From the sequence record NC_017972.1: DNA of 64,000 nucleotides. One strand, written 5' to 3'. The notes beneath the pieces were generated by a model, which was not told where the DNA came from, ran no database searches, and saw nothing but the letters and a program-made list of their open reading frames with translations. How positions within the stretch are numbered: position 1 is the stretch's first letter; each line of letters begins with the position of its first letter. This document shows, one piece after another, positions 36,875 through 45,503 of this stretch. The position numbers and the translations under genes are program-made.

Positions 36875-37677
36875 TCAACCATGCGACGGAGAACGTATTC
36901 AGCGTTGCGCTGGGTCAGTGGCATTTCACGCATACGGCCAATCACGATTTGGAAAATTGGCAGCGGCAGCGCGGTGGTTTCGGTTGCCGGTTCTTTCTTG
37001 CGCACGCTGGTATGGTGGAAGAAATTCACCGACACGTTCAAACGCGTTTCGATCAGCTCGCGCAGTTGGTTAAGATCGGTATCAACGTGCGGAATGTTCG
37101 CCTCGTCTTGCGTGATGTAATCGGTAGTGCAGAAGCCGCCTTTGTATGCAGGACCGACGATGATTTGCGGTGGCGCCGGTTTGCAGGCAAACGTGTTTTC
37201 TTCTTCACGTTCTACCGGGATTTCTTCATCGGTTTCTTCGTCGTCTTCTTCGTCGTCGATGCCGCAAATGTCTTCGGCCAGTTCAGGGAATTGCCCACGA
37301 ATGGATTCAGCGAACTGTTGGGCAAACCAATCAGGCGATTTCTCGACCACTTTCAGGACGGTGCCACCTTTGGACATTTTCGAGTCTTTGGTATCGAAAA
37401 CCCAATCGGCCAGCGTCTGCACTTGACCGAGCAACTCTTCAATTTTTTCTTCGGTGAAATCGCGCAGTGCGTATGCCGCTTCACGTTGGGATTTGTCGTC
37501 GCAATTTGCGTCGTTGTCGAGGAACTGTTCGCAAAGGTGTTCGTATAACGTGCTATCAACGAAACGTTCGCAAAGGATTTTACGCAGCGCTTTAATACCT
37601 TCCGCTGCGCGACCGTCGCATTCACCGCCCAGCAAAACGTTGGCGATATCCCGAGTGATTGCTTTATGCTTTTTCAT
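36847..37677 (-). CDS. acidic hypothetical protein (276 aa)
   Basis: First gene after a sigma70-type promoter; DDEEDDEETDEE tract. Confidence 0.75.
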   Translation of the reverse strand: MKKHKAITRDIANVLLGGECDGRAAEGIKALRKILCERFVDSTLYEHLCEQFLDNDANCDDKSQREAAYALRDFTEEKIEELLGQVQTLADWVFDTKDSKMSKGGTVLKVVEKSPDWFAQQFAESIRGQFPELAEDICGIDDEEDDEETDEEIPVEREEENTFACKPAPPQIIVGPAYKGGFCTTDYITQDEANIPHVDTDLNQLRELIETRLNVSVNFFHHTSVRKKEPATETTALPLPIFQIVIGRMREMPLTQRNAEYVLRRMVDCGVQLFAK

Positions 37678-37765
37678 GTCTCTAAACCCTTTCGTAAACT
37701 TACGCTAATTCGTGAGTGTTGTTCGCTGGGCGAAGGCTAGCCGTGCCAAGTGCAGGCCAGCCGCC

Positions 37766-37795
37766 ATTATACCCGTGCTAGGGCCTCCCGGTCAA
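37766..37795 (-). promoter_or_regulatory. sigma70-type promoter TTGACC-N18-TATAAT
   Basis: Perfect -10; -35 overlaps the TGA stop of the upstream gene; followed by GGCGGC. Confidence 0.72.
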
Positions 37796-38685
37796 GCTTG
37801 GGGTGCCTGCTCGCGGTGGTCTACTGCGCCCGGTCCGCGCCCCTCAATGGGCCACGTCTCTAACGGGGTGCCATCGCCGTATACCGCATGACGCAAGCGC
37901 TCATACAAACCCAAATGAACGGCGTGTACCCGTTCCATTAGGTAGCGTTTGTTTTTGAACGTTGGTTGCACACGCGAACCCAAGAACGTGTTAAGCGTGT
38001 AATTGGTTGGCGCTTTATCACCAAAGAACGCCCAGCGGTAAGTTTCGTGAATATGCCGAACGTGTTCATCTTCAATCTGGCCGTGTTGCTCAACCGCGTT
38101 GAAGAAATCCATAACGTTCATGAACGGGAAATACTTGGCGTTCCGGCACGGATAGAATTCCGCACCTTCGGCAATGTGCAGCAGCTGGCGACCGATGAAA
38201 ACGTAGCGGAACATCTGCTTGCGGTATTTCGCCAGCAATTCGGGATCGTCTTTCGCGTGCTCCATTTTCTGCAAACGCTGTATCGTGTTGCCGATACACG
38301 ACCGCAGGATTTCCCGCGAATCGTAGCAGGTATCGAACAGCTCGACCAGATCGTTACGGATTTCTTCGGAACCCCACGCCAGCGGCGAATGCAGGTTTTC
38401 GTAAGCTGCAAAAGACGACTTGGAAATCAGCTGCAAGAACCGCTCAATCGTGCAGAACTGGAATTCAAAATCTTGCCCAGTGACCAAACATTTGATCTTG
38501 CGGCGTTTCGAGCCACGCGGGAAGTGCATGAAACTCAGCTCGCGATCAAAGCCGACCATTGCGATATCGAAGTCGGAATCAGGGCGGTTAGTGCCCCATG
38601 CGCGGCTACCAACGTTCGACACAAGAATCGGTTTTACTTTCAGGGCGTGCTCTGCCCAAGAATACGGCAAATCAGGCAGGATCAT
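37792..38685 (-). CDS. Pol-beta superfamily nucleotidyltransferase (RlaP/PF10127-like)
   Basis: GSRAWGTNRPDSDFD; L..KSS..AYE.L.SP. Confidence 0.85.
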   Translation of the reverse strand: MILPDLPYSWAEHALKVKPILVSNVGSRAWGTNRPDSDFDIAMVGFDRELSFMHFPRGSKRRKIKCLVTGQDFEFQFCTIERFLQLISKSSFAAYENLHSPLAWGSEEIRNDLVELFDTCYDSREILRSCIGNTIQRLQKMEHAKDDPELLAKYRKQMFRYVFIGRQLLHIAEGAEFYPCRNAKYFPFMNVMDFFNAVEQHGQIEDEHVRHIHETYRWAFFGDKAPTNYTLNTFLGSRVQPTFKNKRYLMERVHAVHLGLYERLRHAVYGDGTPLETWPIEGRGPGAVDHREQAPQA

Positions 38686-39040
38686 TTTCGTTCTCAGGCT
38701 TTGCCATAGTCAGCGTGATTGTTGGTGGGTTATTTTTGATTGCTTCGTAAACCGCGCCTTGCTCCAGAATGCTAACGCGTTTGCCTTTGTAGGATTTCGC
38801 GTTGCCCTTGTCGTCAACCACGAACACAGCCGACGCCACATGCGTGTAGGAATTCGGCGGCACTTCGCATTCGATTTGCAGACCGATGAAACCACGCACA
38901 CGAAACGCATTACCGATCAGATGGTCAATGTATTTGTGAATTTGCGCAGGCTGGATTACCTTGCGCGATTCTTCCGCCGCCTTTTCGGCAACGATGCGCA
39001 ATGCGGCTGGCGCCGGGTAAAGCAGGATGAACTTTTGCAT
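38672..39040 (-). CDS. hypothetical protein (122 aa)
   Basis: ORF track. Confidence 0.7.
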   Translation of the reverse strand: MQKFILLYPAPAALRIVAEKAAEESRKVIQPAQIHKYIDHLIGNAFRVRGFIGLQIECEVPPNSYTHVASAVFVVDDKGNAKSYKGKRVSILEQGAVYEAIKNNPPTITLTMAKPENENDPA

Positions 39041-39042
39041 TT

Positions 39043-39900
39043 TTAATCGTCCCCTTCGTCGCTGTCGTCGTCTACGTCAAACTCGAAACGTTTAGCCAGA
39101 TCGGCAACCGAACCCTTCATTACCTGCACCACGGAATCGGATGCAGAGCCACGGAAAGAAAGTTGCATTTCTTCGTGGTCATCAGTGAGCGGCCACGGGT
39201 CATCTAGGCGCACAATGCGTCCGCGTTGGTCATTGTCCAGAAACACGGTTTCATTTTTGGCAATTGCTTCGGCGAAACGATCAATGCGGGTCGAACGCTC
39301 AAACACGACTTTCATTGCGCTAGGCAGGAACTGATAAACCTCGTCGTAGTCGCCAGCCTCGTAGTCGGTGTGCGCCGGTTGGTTTTCACTCAAATGGAAC
39401 AGATGCACAGCACGCGCCGCGTAACCAAACGACGGGCCGCGATAGACCAGCCGCGTACCGGCGTCGAGATAGCGCATTTCGTTGCGGCCATTCAACACTT
39501 CGATATCGCTGGTGATGATGAATTCTTTTTCCTGCATTTGCTTCACTTGCTGATAGCAGGAATGCTCGAAGTTATGCAGGACCGAGGAAATCAAATCGAA
39601 ACCAGAATACGGCGGCGATTTGATATTGAGGTTGGTGGATTCCAGCACGGCTTCGTCAGCTGCGCCGCGTGTGCTGATGCCCAGCGTATCCGACGTACCA
39701 AAGCAGGAAAAACCGAGCAGGCCAGTGGTGCAGAAACCGGCGCCGACTACCGTAACTTTTTCTACTGGAATGTCGTACATTTCAGCCATGCGTTTCTTGG
39801 CGTCTTCCGCAACGTCTGCGTGAACAAACATTTCATGGAAGGTCATACCCAGTTCAAAAAGCATTTCGTTTTTCTGAGCTTGCAGCGTGATGTATTTCAT
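39043..39900 (-). CDS. Janus/PHPT1-like N-terminal domain fused to an unknown domain (copy 3)
   Basis: MKYI...VHADV...VVGAGFC...CFGTSDTLG. Confidence 0.6.
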   Translation of the reverse strand: MKYITLQAQKNEMLFELGMTFHEMFVHADVAEDAKKRMAEMYDIPVEKVTVVGAGFCTTGLLGFSCFGTSDTLGISTRGAADEAVLESTNLNIKSPPYSGFDLISSVLHNFEHSCYQQVKQMQEKEFIITSDIEVLNGRNEMRYLDAGTRLVYRGPSFGYAARAVHLFHLSENQPAHTDYEAGDYDEVYQFLPSAMKVVFERSTRIDRFAEAIAKNETVFLDNDQRGRIVRLDDPWPLTDDHEEMQLSFRGSASDSVVQVMKGSVADLAKRFEFDVDDDSDEGDD

Positions 39901-40217
39901 TTCTCTTCCTCGATTGCTTCAACTTTTACGATGCGGAAACAAGTTTCTTTGACTTCCGCAATCAATGCTTTTGCCTTACAGCCTAATGTCCGCCAGTCTG
40001 TGAAACCGGGCAGCCTATAGGTTGCGCATTCCACACCGTAAGTATTTTCAATTTTGTAATAGGTTCCGGCTGGTTTGTAAGGCAACTCGAATTCGCGATA
40101 ATGCGTGGCACCATCGGGCGGACGAAACATAACCCGTAAAACCCGCCCGTCTACGTCATACAAGTTCCAACCCTCTTTGGGGCGGAGTTGAACAGATTCT
40201 GTAGGGGCTATTTTCAC
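39897..40217 (-). CDS. hypothetical protein (106 aa)
   Basis: ORF track. Confidence 0.7.
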   Translation of the reverse strand: MKIAPTESVQLRPKEGWNLYDVDGRVLRVMFRPPDGATHYREFELPYKPAGTYYKIENTYGVECATYRLPGFTDWRTLGCKAKALIAEVKETCFRIVKVEAIEEEK

Positions 40218-40432
40218 TTCTTCTCTTTCTCGAAAATGTAGGCGCCTAGCGGTCTGATAAAGAACGGCAGCGGGATCACGATGATCAGCACAAGCTGCAC
40301 GAACTCTACCGCCAGTTTGTATTCACTAAAACCAAAGTGAGCGATCAGGGCGATTACCGTGTAGATAACAGAACACCAGATTAGCCATCTTGCTTTGCGG
40401 CTAATTGGTGACGCTTTAGCGTCGTGTGTCAT
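40214..40432 (-). CDS. two-TM membrane protein
   Basis: Hydrophobicity pattern. Confidence 0.7.
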   Translation of the reverse strand: MTHDAKASPISRKARWLIWCSVIYTVIALIAHFGFSEYKLAVEFVQLVLIIVIPLPFFIRPLGAYIFEKEKK

Positions 40433-40992
40433 ATTTTGCCCTCACGTTTAGCGCGTCTGTATGACTCAAGGAACTGGCGTTTTCTGTAGCGCCGAACATC
40501 CTTGAACAAACGGCCAAAAGTCACCGACGTGTAATCGCCTTCGACATACGAAACGCCTGTGCGTTCGGCAGCAGCTTTCATGTCGGCGGGGCCGAAACCA
40601 GTGTCGGGAACATACACAAAGTTTTTGGCAAAGAATTGTTGCGAACCTTCCCAGCCAACTTCGCCGGTAATTACCCGGTCGCCTTGCCCACCAGCAGTAC
40701 GCAAAGCGCGCAGCATTTTTGTAGCAATGCCTTGGCGACGATGCTCGGGCTTCACGTAAAATTCTGCGTGCCCTTTGTTGACGTAGAAAACCAGAACGCC
40801 AATCGCGTCGGTGTCACGCTGGTTTTCGTAGGCGACGATCAGCATCACTTTCTGTTTGCGGTACGTGCCTACGCTTGCCAGCTCGGGCCACACGTAACGC
40901 AAGTTGCCAATCTTTTCGTACAGGTTTTGGTGGCACAGAAAAGAAGCGGCGTGGCGGACTGATTCTGGCGATGTGTGCAGGAGAAAAATCAT
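40429..40992 (-). CDS. GNAT-fold acetyltransferase
   Basis: FYVKPEHRRQGIATKML motif A. Confidence 0.82.
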   Translation of the reverse strand: MIFLLHTSPESVRHAASFLCHQNLYEKIGNLRYVWPELASVGTYRKQKVMLIVAYENQRDTDAIGVLVFYVNKGHAEFYVKPEHRRQGIATKMLRALRTAGGQGDRVITGEVGWEGSQQFFAKNFVYVPDTGFGPADMKAAAERTGVSYVEGDYTSVTFGRLFKDVRRYRKRQFLESYRRAKREGKI

Positions 40993-41486
40993 TGCGGGAA
41001 CCGCTTTTTAGCCATGAAACGGTTATCGACCAGCGGGCGAGTGAATTCCGCAAACTCGATTTCATCCAGCACGAAATGCGCGCCCATGCACATACGTTCG
41101 ATGTGGGAGAAAACCGAATCCATACGCGCATGATCAGCAGGCCACGTACACAGCAATTGCGTGATGTAGCAGGCAAACACGGTCGCCAACTCTTCGACAA
41201 CAATGCTGCGTTTTTCTGGATCGGCAGGCAGGTGAATTTCTGCGCCCATGAATTCCAGCGGCTTACGGGAACGCATACAGTTGTACCAGCCTTCCCAATC
41301 GGCCTGCACATATTTGTTCACGTATTTGCCGTAAGCATCGCGCTCTTTAACATACGACGGATTGCATTTCTCGAAATCGGCACGCCATACAGCTTCGCGT
41401 TCGGCATTCGCCTTGGCTGCGTCTTCTGGCAGAGTTTTCAGGCGGCGCACGATTTCAGCGGCGGCTTCTTTGTTGATTTTGGTCAT
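40989..41486 (-). CDS. hypothetical protein (165 aa)
   Basis: ORF track. Confidence 0.72.
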   Translation of the reverse strand: MTKINKEAAAEIVRRLKTLPEDAAKANAEREAVWRADFEKCNPSYVKERDAYGKYVNKYVQADWEGWYNCMRSRKPLEFMGAEIHLPADPEKRSIVVEELATVFACYITQLLCTWPADHARMDSVFSHIERMCMGAHFVLDEIEFAEFTRPLVDNRFMAKKRFPQ

Positions 41487-41707
41487 TTCTTCTTCCTCGA
41501 TTGCTTCCGCATTTTCTTCTTCGCTTTACGTGCTGCGCGATGCTTTTGCGCACCCGGTTGACCAGCACCAGAGGTACGCGAAGCGGTGCGCCCCGTGTAA
41601 CGCGGGCTGTCCCATTCCGGCGCTGCCTTTTGCGGCGACAGGGAATTCATTGCACCGAGGCTAGCAGCCAACGCCAGCGCAGAAAATTTCAACATACCGG
41701 AACTCAT
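41483..41707 (-). CDS. small very basic protein
   Basis: ATGA overlap at 41704-41707; ends KHRAARKAKKKMRKQSRKKK. Confidence 0.6.
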   Translation of the reverse strand: MSSGMLKFSALALAASLGAMNSLSPQKAAPEWDSPRYTGRTASRTSGAGQPGAQKHRAARKAKKKMRKQSRKKK

Positions 41708-42360
41708 TGCGGGTAATCCTCGTTCGGACAATCTTTCGCGATCAGGCTGTAATTCTTAATCATCTTGAGCCATTCTTTCCACGGCAGACGCGGCAGGAAA
41801 TCAGTCGCACCACGTTTGACTATGTAACCGGTCAGATACCGACGCATTCGTTTGCACACAAAACGGATACCGGCGTCGCTAACATCGGCCACATAAAAAT
41901 CGCCGTATATTTTCAGCACGTCGCCATCTTTGATTTCGGCGGGCAGATTGTCGGTATGCGGCAAGTCCACTTCAATTGCACGTTCTGAATACTGAATGCA
42001 GTCCGCTTCATAGTCCGCGACCATGCCTATGCGCATGTTGTACATGCTGCCGGGGTCGCGAATGCTTTCTAGCTCAGCTTTAAGCAGGCGCTCGTAGTTT
42101 TCTTTGATAATTTTTTCTACGATAACAATGCCTGCGTCTGTGAGCGCGGTAGTGCCTTCGTCACCGCCTTTTACGTAGGCCGTCGCAAGGTGAACGTTTT
42201 CAACGCCGTTAACGTCCACGCCTGTGTAAACGATCACGCCGAAATCAGATTCTTCGTTGTCGATTACCACGAAATCTTTGTAGTTCGGCGACAGAGTGTC
42301 AAGCCAGTTATCTACCAGTTCGCTGATTGCGTATTTCAGGTTAGAAAAATCGAGATTCAT
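41704..42360 (-). CDS. hypothetical protein (218 aa)
   Basis: ORF track. Confidence 0.72.
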   Translation of the reverse strand: MNLDFSNLKYAISELVDNWLDTLSPNYKDFVVIDNEESDFGVIVYTGVDVNGVENVHLATAYVKGGDEGTTALTDAGIVIVEKIIKENYERLLKAELESIRDPGSMYNMRIGMVADYEADCIQYSERAIEVDLPHTDNLPAEIKDGDVLKIYGDFYVADVSDAGIRFVCKRMRRYLTGYIVKRGATDFLPRLPWKEWLKMIKNYSLIAKDCPNEDYPQ

Positions 42361-42369
42361 AAGTCTTCC

Positions 42370-42726
42370 TCAAAGTTCCGTCAATGGTCGGCGCTCAATC
42401 AAATGCGCACGGGTTTTCTTGAAAGCAACCTGTCCGTCAAAGAAGCACAGCGCGCTAGACCTTGTGACTTCATACACACCAACAGCGAAGCCGTGGGCGT
42501 GGAATTTTTCCCGGTGGCGCTTCGGTACAAATTGACGCATTAATTTCAGGTTGCGCCAGCCGTACACGTATTCAGACAATTGCTTGAACTGCTTAGGCGT
42601 GTGGCCGATTGATTCCAGCATTCCGGGCGAGTCTGGATCGTGGTGCTGTTTTAGCCACATGCAGCATTCTTGCTCGCCGTAGAAAGGCCCGTGCCCGTCT
42701 ATGGTTTCCAGCCGGTAAATCACCAC
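42370..42726 (-). CDS. hypothetical protein, possible ADP-ribosyltransferase-like fold
   Basis: IYRLE..DG.GPF, YVYGW+helix, GVYEV, GQVAF strand order; fold call is weak inference. Confidence 0.45.
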   Translation of the reverse strand: MVIYRLETIDGHGPFYGEQECCMWLKQHHDPDSPGMLESIGHTPKQFKQLSEYVYGWRNLKLMRQFVPKRHREKFHAHGFAVGVYEVTRSSALCFFDGQVAFKKTRAHLIERRPLTEL

Positions 42727-43070
42727 GGCGACACGCGCCAGTATTCCAAACTACTGCGCAGCTTTTTCATGTCGTTTTCACTAACGCCACGCGATTCTGC
42801 CAGTTGGAAAATTTCTTCACGCACTTGATCGACCAGATTGCAGCGCGCTTTGTACTCAGGATTCCATTTGCATTCACTGACCAAACCGACCTTCATAAAG
42901 TTCGGAGTGAATTCGTATTTCGCACCACAGGAAAACTCAACGGATTCGTTCCAGTGACCGTTGCAGTGTTTGCCCCAGCGGCGAGTTTCCTTTACGTCGG
43001 ATTTGCCGCACTTCGGGCAGCAAGTTACTTCGGAAATGCGGTTGATACCAATCTGATAGTTAGGCTGCAC
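42720..43070 (-). CDS. Zn-finger-like protein
   Basis: CPKC...HCNG....FSCG. Confidence 0.7.
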   Translation of the reverse strand: MQPNYQIGINRISEVTCCPKCGKSDVKETRRWGKHCNGHWNESVEFSCGAKYEFTPNFMKVGLVSECKWNPEYKARCNLVDQVREEIFQLAESRGVSENDMKKLRSSLEYWRVSPW

Positions 43071-43329
43071 GTTTCTTCTTTCCTTGTACCTTGGTTATGA
43101 AGTGGGCGCGTTCATCATCGCTCCACCTTTCGGTAATCATCCCACAGCATTTGGCGATTTGCCCATTGCCTAAACCGGGGAATAATTTCAGAAGTTCATC
43201 CTTGATAAACTCTGCTTTGGATTTCGGGTAACGGCGAACCAGATTGACGATGCAGCGCACCACGTCGAAGTCGTCATGATCAATGTCAAACGGTTCGTCT
43301 TCTTCCGCTTTTTTCTTCGCCATACCCAC
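43060..43329 (-). CDS. hypothetical protein (89 aa)
   Basis: ORF track; GAGGTG upstream. Confidence 0.7.
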   Translation of the reverse strand: MGMAKKKAEEDEPFDIDHDDFDVVRCIVNLVRRYPKSKAEFIKDELLKLFPGLGNGQIAKCCGMITERWSDDERAHFITKVQGKKKRAA

Positions 43330-43336
43330 CTCGGTA

Positions 43337-43358
43337 GGAGGGGACCGAAATCCCCTCC
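43337..43358 (-). other. intergenic UUCG stem-loop
   Basis: GGAGGGGAT-TTCG-GTCCCCTCC after the LemA-like stop. Confidence 0.6.
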
Positions 43359-43366
43359 AACTCTAA

Positions 43367-43963
43367 TCAGTTTTTCTTGGCGCCGGGCAGATCGTACAGG
43401 CCTTGGTCTTGGCCGGTTTCAAACGACAGTTTTGCTTTGTCGTTCATCAGCGGCGCGTACTTGTCGAGGCCATCATTACAGCCGATTGCCAGCTTGGCCG
43501 AACCCATGATACCGATCACAATGTTATTCGGGAAAGTACCGCGATAGGTACAGGCAGCAGTTTTGCGGTCGGTCATCATGTTTTCTTGAACCAAAAACTT
43601 CTCACGGCCTTGGTCAATCAGGTTGATGATTTTCTCAGCCAGCGCCTGCGAAGGTGCAATGTTGTTTTCTTGCAGGAACAGCATGGTCGCTTTCAGACCG
43701 CCATCACCGGCACGGGTAGCGATTTGTTCGTTAACCGTTTTGCGGATGTTTTCAACGTTCATGTCTTGAACGCCAATTGCTTCTTTGATTTTCTGGCTGA
43801 TGTTGGACAGGGTAGCTTGACGCGCTTTGTTCGCGCCTACGATACCCGCTTCCTGCCGAACCACGTTGTTGTTGATCGACGCGCCCCACACAACCAGCAG
43901 GACTACGATGCCTAGTGCAACCAGACCAATGACGCCAGCGCTACCACGTTGCTTCGATTTCAT
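43367..43963 (-). CDS. LemA-like membrane-anchored helical protein
   Basis: N-terminal TM, NNNVVRQEAGI, LQENN, IDQGREKF, FPNNIV pattern. Confidence 0.68.
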   Translation of the reverse strand: MKSKQRGSAGVIGLVALGIVVLLVVWGASINNNVVRQEAGIVGANKARQATLSNISQKIKEAIGVQDMNVENIRKTVNEQIATRAGDGGLKATMLFLQENNIAPSQALAEKIINLIDQGREKFLVQENMMTDRKTAACTYRGTFPNNIVIGIMGSAKLAIGCNDGLDKYAPLMNDKAKLSFETGQDQGLYDLPGAKKN

Positions 43964-44203
43964 TTACTGCTTTTCCTTTTGAGGATCAAAGTTCCAGTTT
44001 GTGTTGACGCCGCACCAGTGCAGCGCCGATATTACTTCGCGTTGTTTCTTGCAGGTGTCGAAATACATTTTGAAGCAGCTAGGCATTTCTTTCACACGTA
44101 CAAAATCCACCGCGAATCCTTCTGCCAAGTGATAGATAATGTCGTTCATGTTCGGAACGACATACCCGCGATACACGTCCTTTCGGATGCGTACCTTAAT
44201 CAC
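43964..44203 (-). CDS. hypothetical protein (79 aa)
   Basis: ORF track; preceded by motif copy 7. Confidence 0.65.
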   Translation of the reverse strand: MIKVRIRKDVYRGYVVPNMNDIIYHLAEGFAVDFVRVKEMPSCFKMYFDTCKKQREVISALHWCGVNTNWNFDPQKEKQ

Positions 44204-45255
44204 CAGTATGCCCGCCGTCTGCTAAACAAACGGTAGCGGTCGCTCATATTATTTACAGTTAACGTCATGCCGATAACGATCAGCGCAACGATCAGAATAT
44301 CCAGCCACAAAGGCGGCGCGTATTCAGCTTCAAGGAAGTCGTATTTGCGCAGGTCTTCCCGGTAGAACAGAGGCAACGCACCATTGAGAACGTTTACGAC
44401 TTTTTCCGGGCTGTATTCGCCCAGCGCTTTCGACTCTTCCAGCAGACGCTGGGTAAACGACCGGCCCTTTTCGTCGGTAGCGTTATCGGACGAACGCCCG
44501 AACACACGCACGTCGTCAACTTTGTTTTCGTTGTCGAGTTTCAGAATCAAAACAGCATCGTTTTTCTTGCCGCCCTGCCATTTGGTGTAAAGCGCTTCTT
44601 TGAACGACGCAATGTCAGTGCCGCTGTTCAGAATTACCACAATTGCGTTTACGCCATACGACGGTCCCCAACTGCGGTGGGCAATGCTCAGCGCTTTCGA
44701 CAATTCGCGCTGGTCTACGGAGTCCACCAGCGAGAACGCCCGCGCCACTTTGAAACCGCCGTAGATTGCCGGGTAAGGAGGCAACCAACCTTTGTATTCC
44801 AGTTCGCGATTGAACTTCACCGTCTGACTAGAAACACGCTGGTAATTCTTGAAGGTTCGCGTATCGGAATACGGATCACCAATGTGCGTAGCGGCATAGA
44901 TTTCCGGCTCACGGTTTTTGTTATAGGTGTAATCGCTATAACTATCCCCGATGTTGGAAATAACATCCCAACGCCAGCGCGGAATTTCCCGCGTGCAATA
45001 CTTTGCGTTGCCATGCGAGTCGTGGCCGCAAATGTAGGTTTCGATTTCCGCATCATACACACGCTGTTTCTTGACGACGGCACCGCTAATCAGTTCGGTA
45101 TCGTTTGCAGAAACTGCGAGCGGAACGTAGTAACCAGCCAAGGCAATTACTGCGCCCAAAACAGCAGCGTAAAGCGTTGGTTCCGGGTCGCGAAACTTGG
45201 CGTACAAAATCCCAAGCAACAACACGACCACAAACAGGTAAATGAAAAGTGACAT
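44200..45255 (-). CDS. membrane protein with TPM-like periplasmic domain
   Basis: Two N-terminal TMs and one C-terminal TM; YGVNAIVVIL...KWQGGKKNDAVLIL resembles the TPM core; next to a LemA-like gene. Confidence 0.62.
   Translation of the reverse strand: MSLFIYLFVVVLLLGILYAKFRDPEPTLYAAVLGAVIALAGYYVPLAVSANDTELISGAVVKKQRVYDAEIETYICGHDSHGNAKYCTREIPRWRWDVISNIGDSYSDYTYNKNREPEIYAATHIGDPYSDTRTFKNYQRVSSQTVKFNRELEYKGWLPPYPAIYGGFKVARAFSLVDSVDQRELSKALSIAHRSWGPSYGVNAIVVILNSGTDIASFKEALYTKWQGGKKNDAVLILKLDNENKVDDVRVFGRSSDNATDEKGRSFTQRLLEESKALGEYSPEKVVNVLNGALPLFYREDLRKYDFLEAEYAPPLWLDILIVALIVIGMTLTVNNMSDRYRLFSRRRAYW
44250..44260 (-). promoter_or_regulatory. AACTGTAAATA motif copy 7
   Basis: Exact copy in the 3' end of the TPM-like gene, 47 nt upstream of ATG 44203. 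Confidence 0.5.
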
Positions 45256-45263
45256 GGCGGTCC

Positions 45264-45503
45264 TTAGCAGCTACGGCTAGTCAGTTTGTTTTTCGCTTCG
45301 TCCCACGGCACAACACCGGCGCTGATGTTTTGCGGATCGCGCACGACCAGCTCATAGCGGAAACCGTGTTTGCTATCACCGTAACCAGCAACCAGCCTGC
45401 CGCACTGGCAATTCATCCAGCGGAACGGAAAGCCTGCGCTATGGAGCGCGTAAGCGATATGGATTTTATCGTTCGTCGTCAGCAGACCGTTATCCTCAGT
45501 CAT
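45264..45503 (-). CDS. hypothetical protein (79 aa)
   Basis: ORF track. Confidence 0.65.
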   Translation of the reverse strand: MTEDNGLLTTNDKIHIAYALHSAGFPFRWMNCQCGRLVAGYGDSKHGFRYELVVRDPQNISAGVVPWDEAKNKLTSRSC

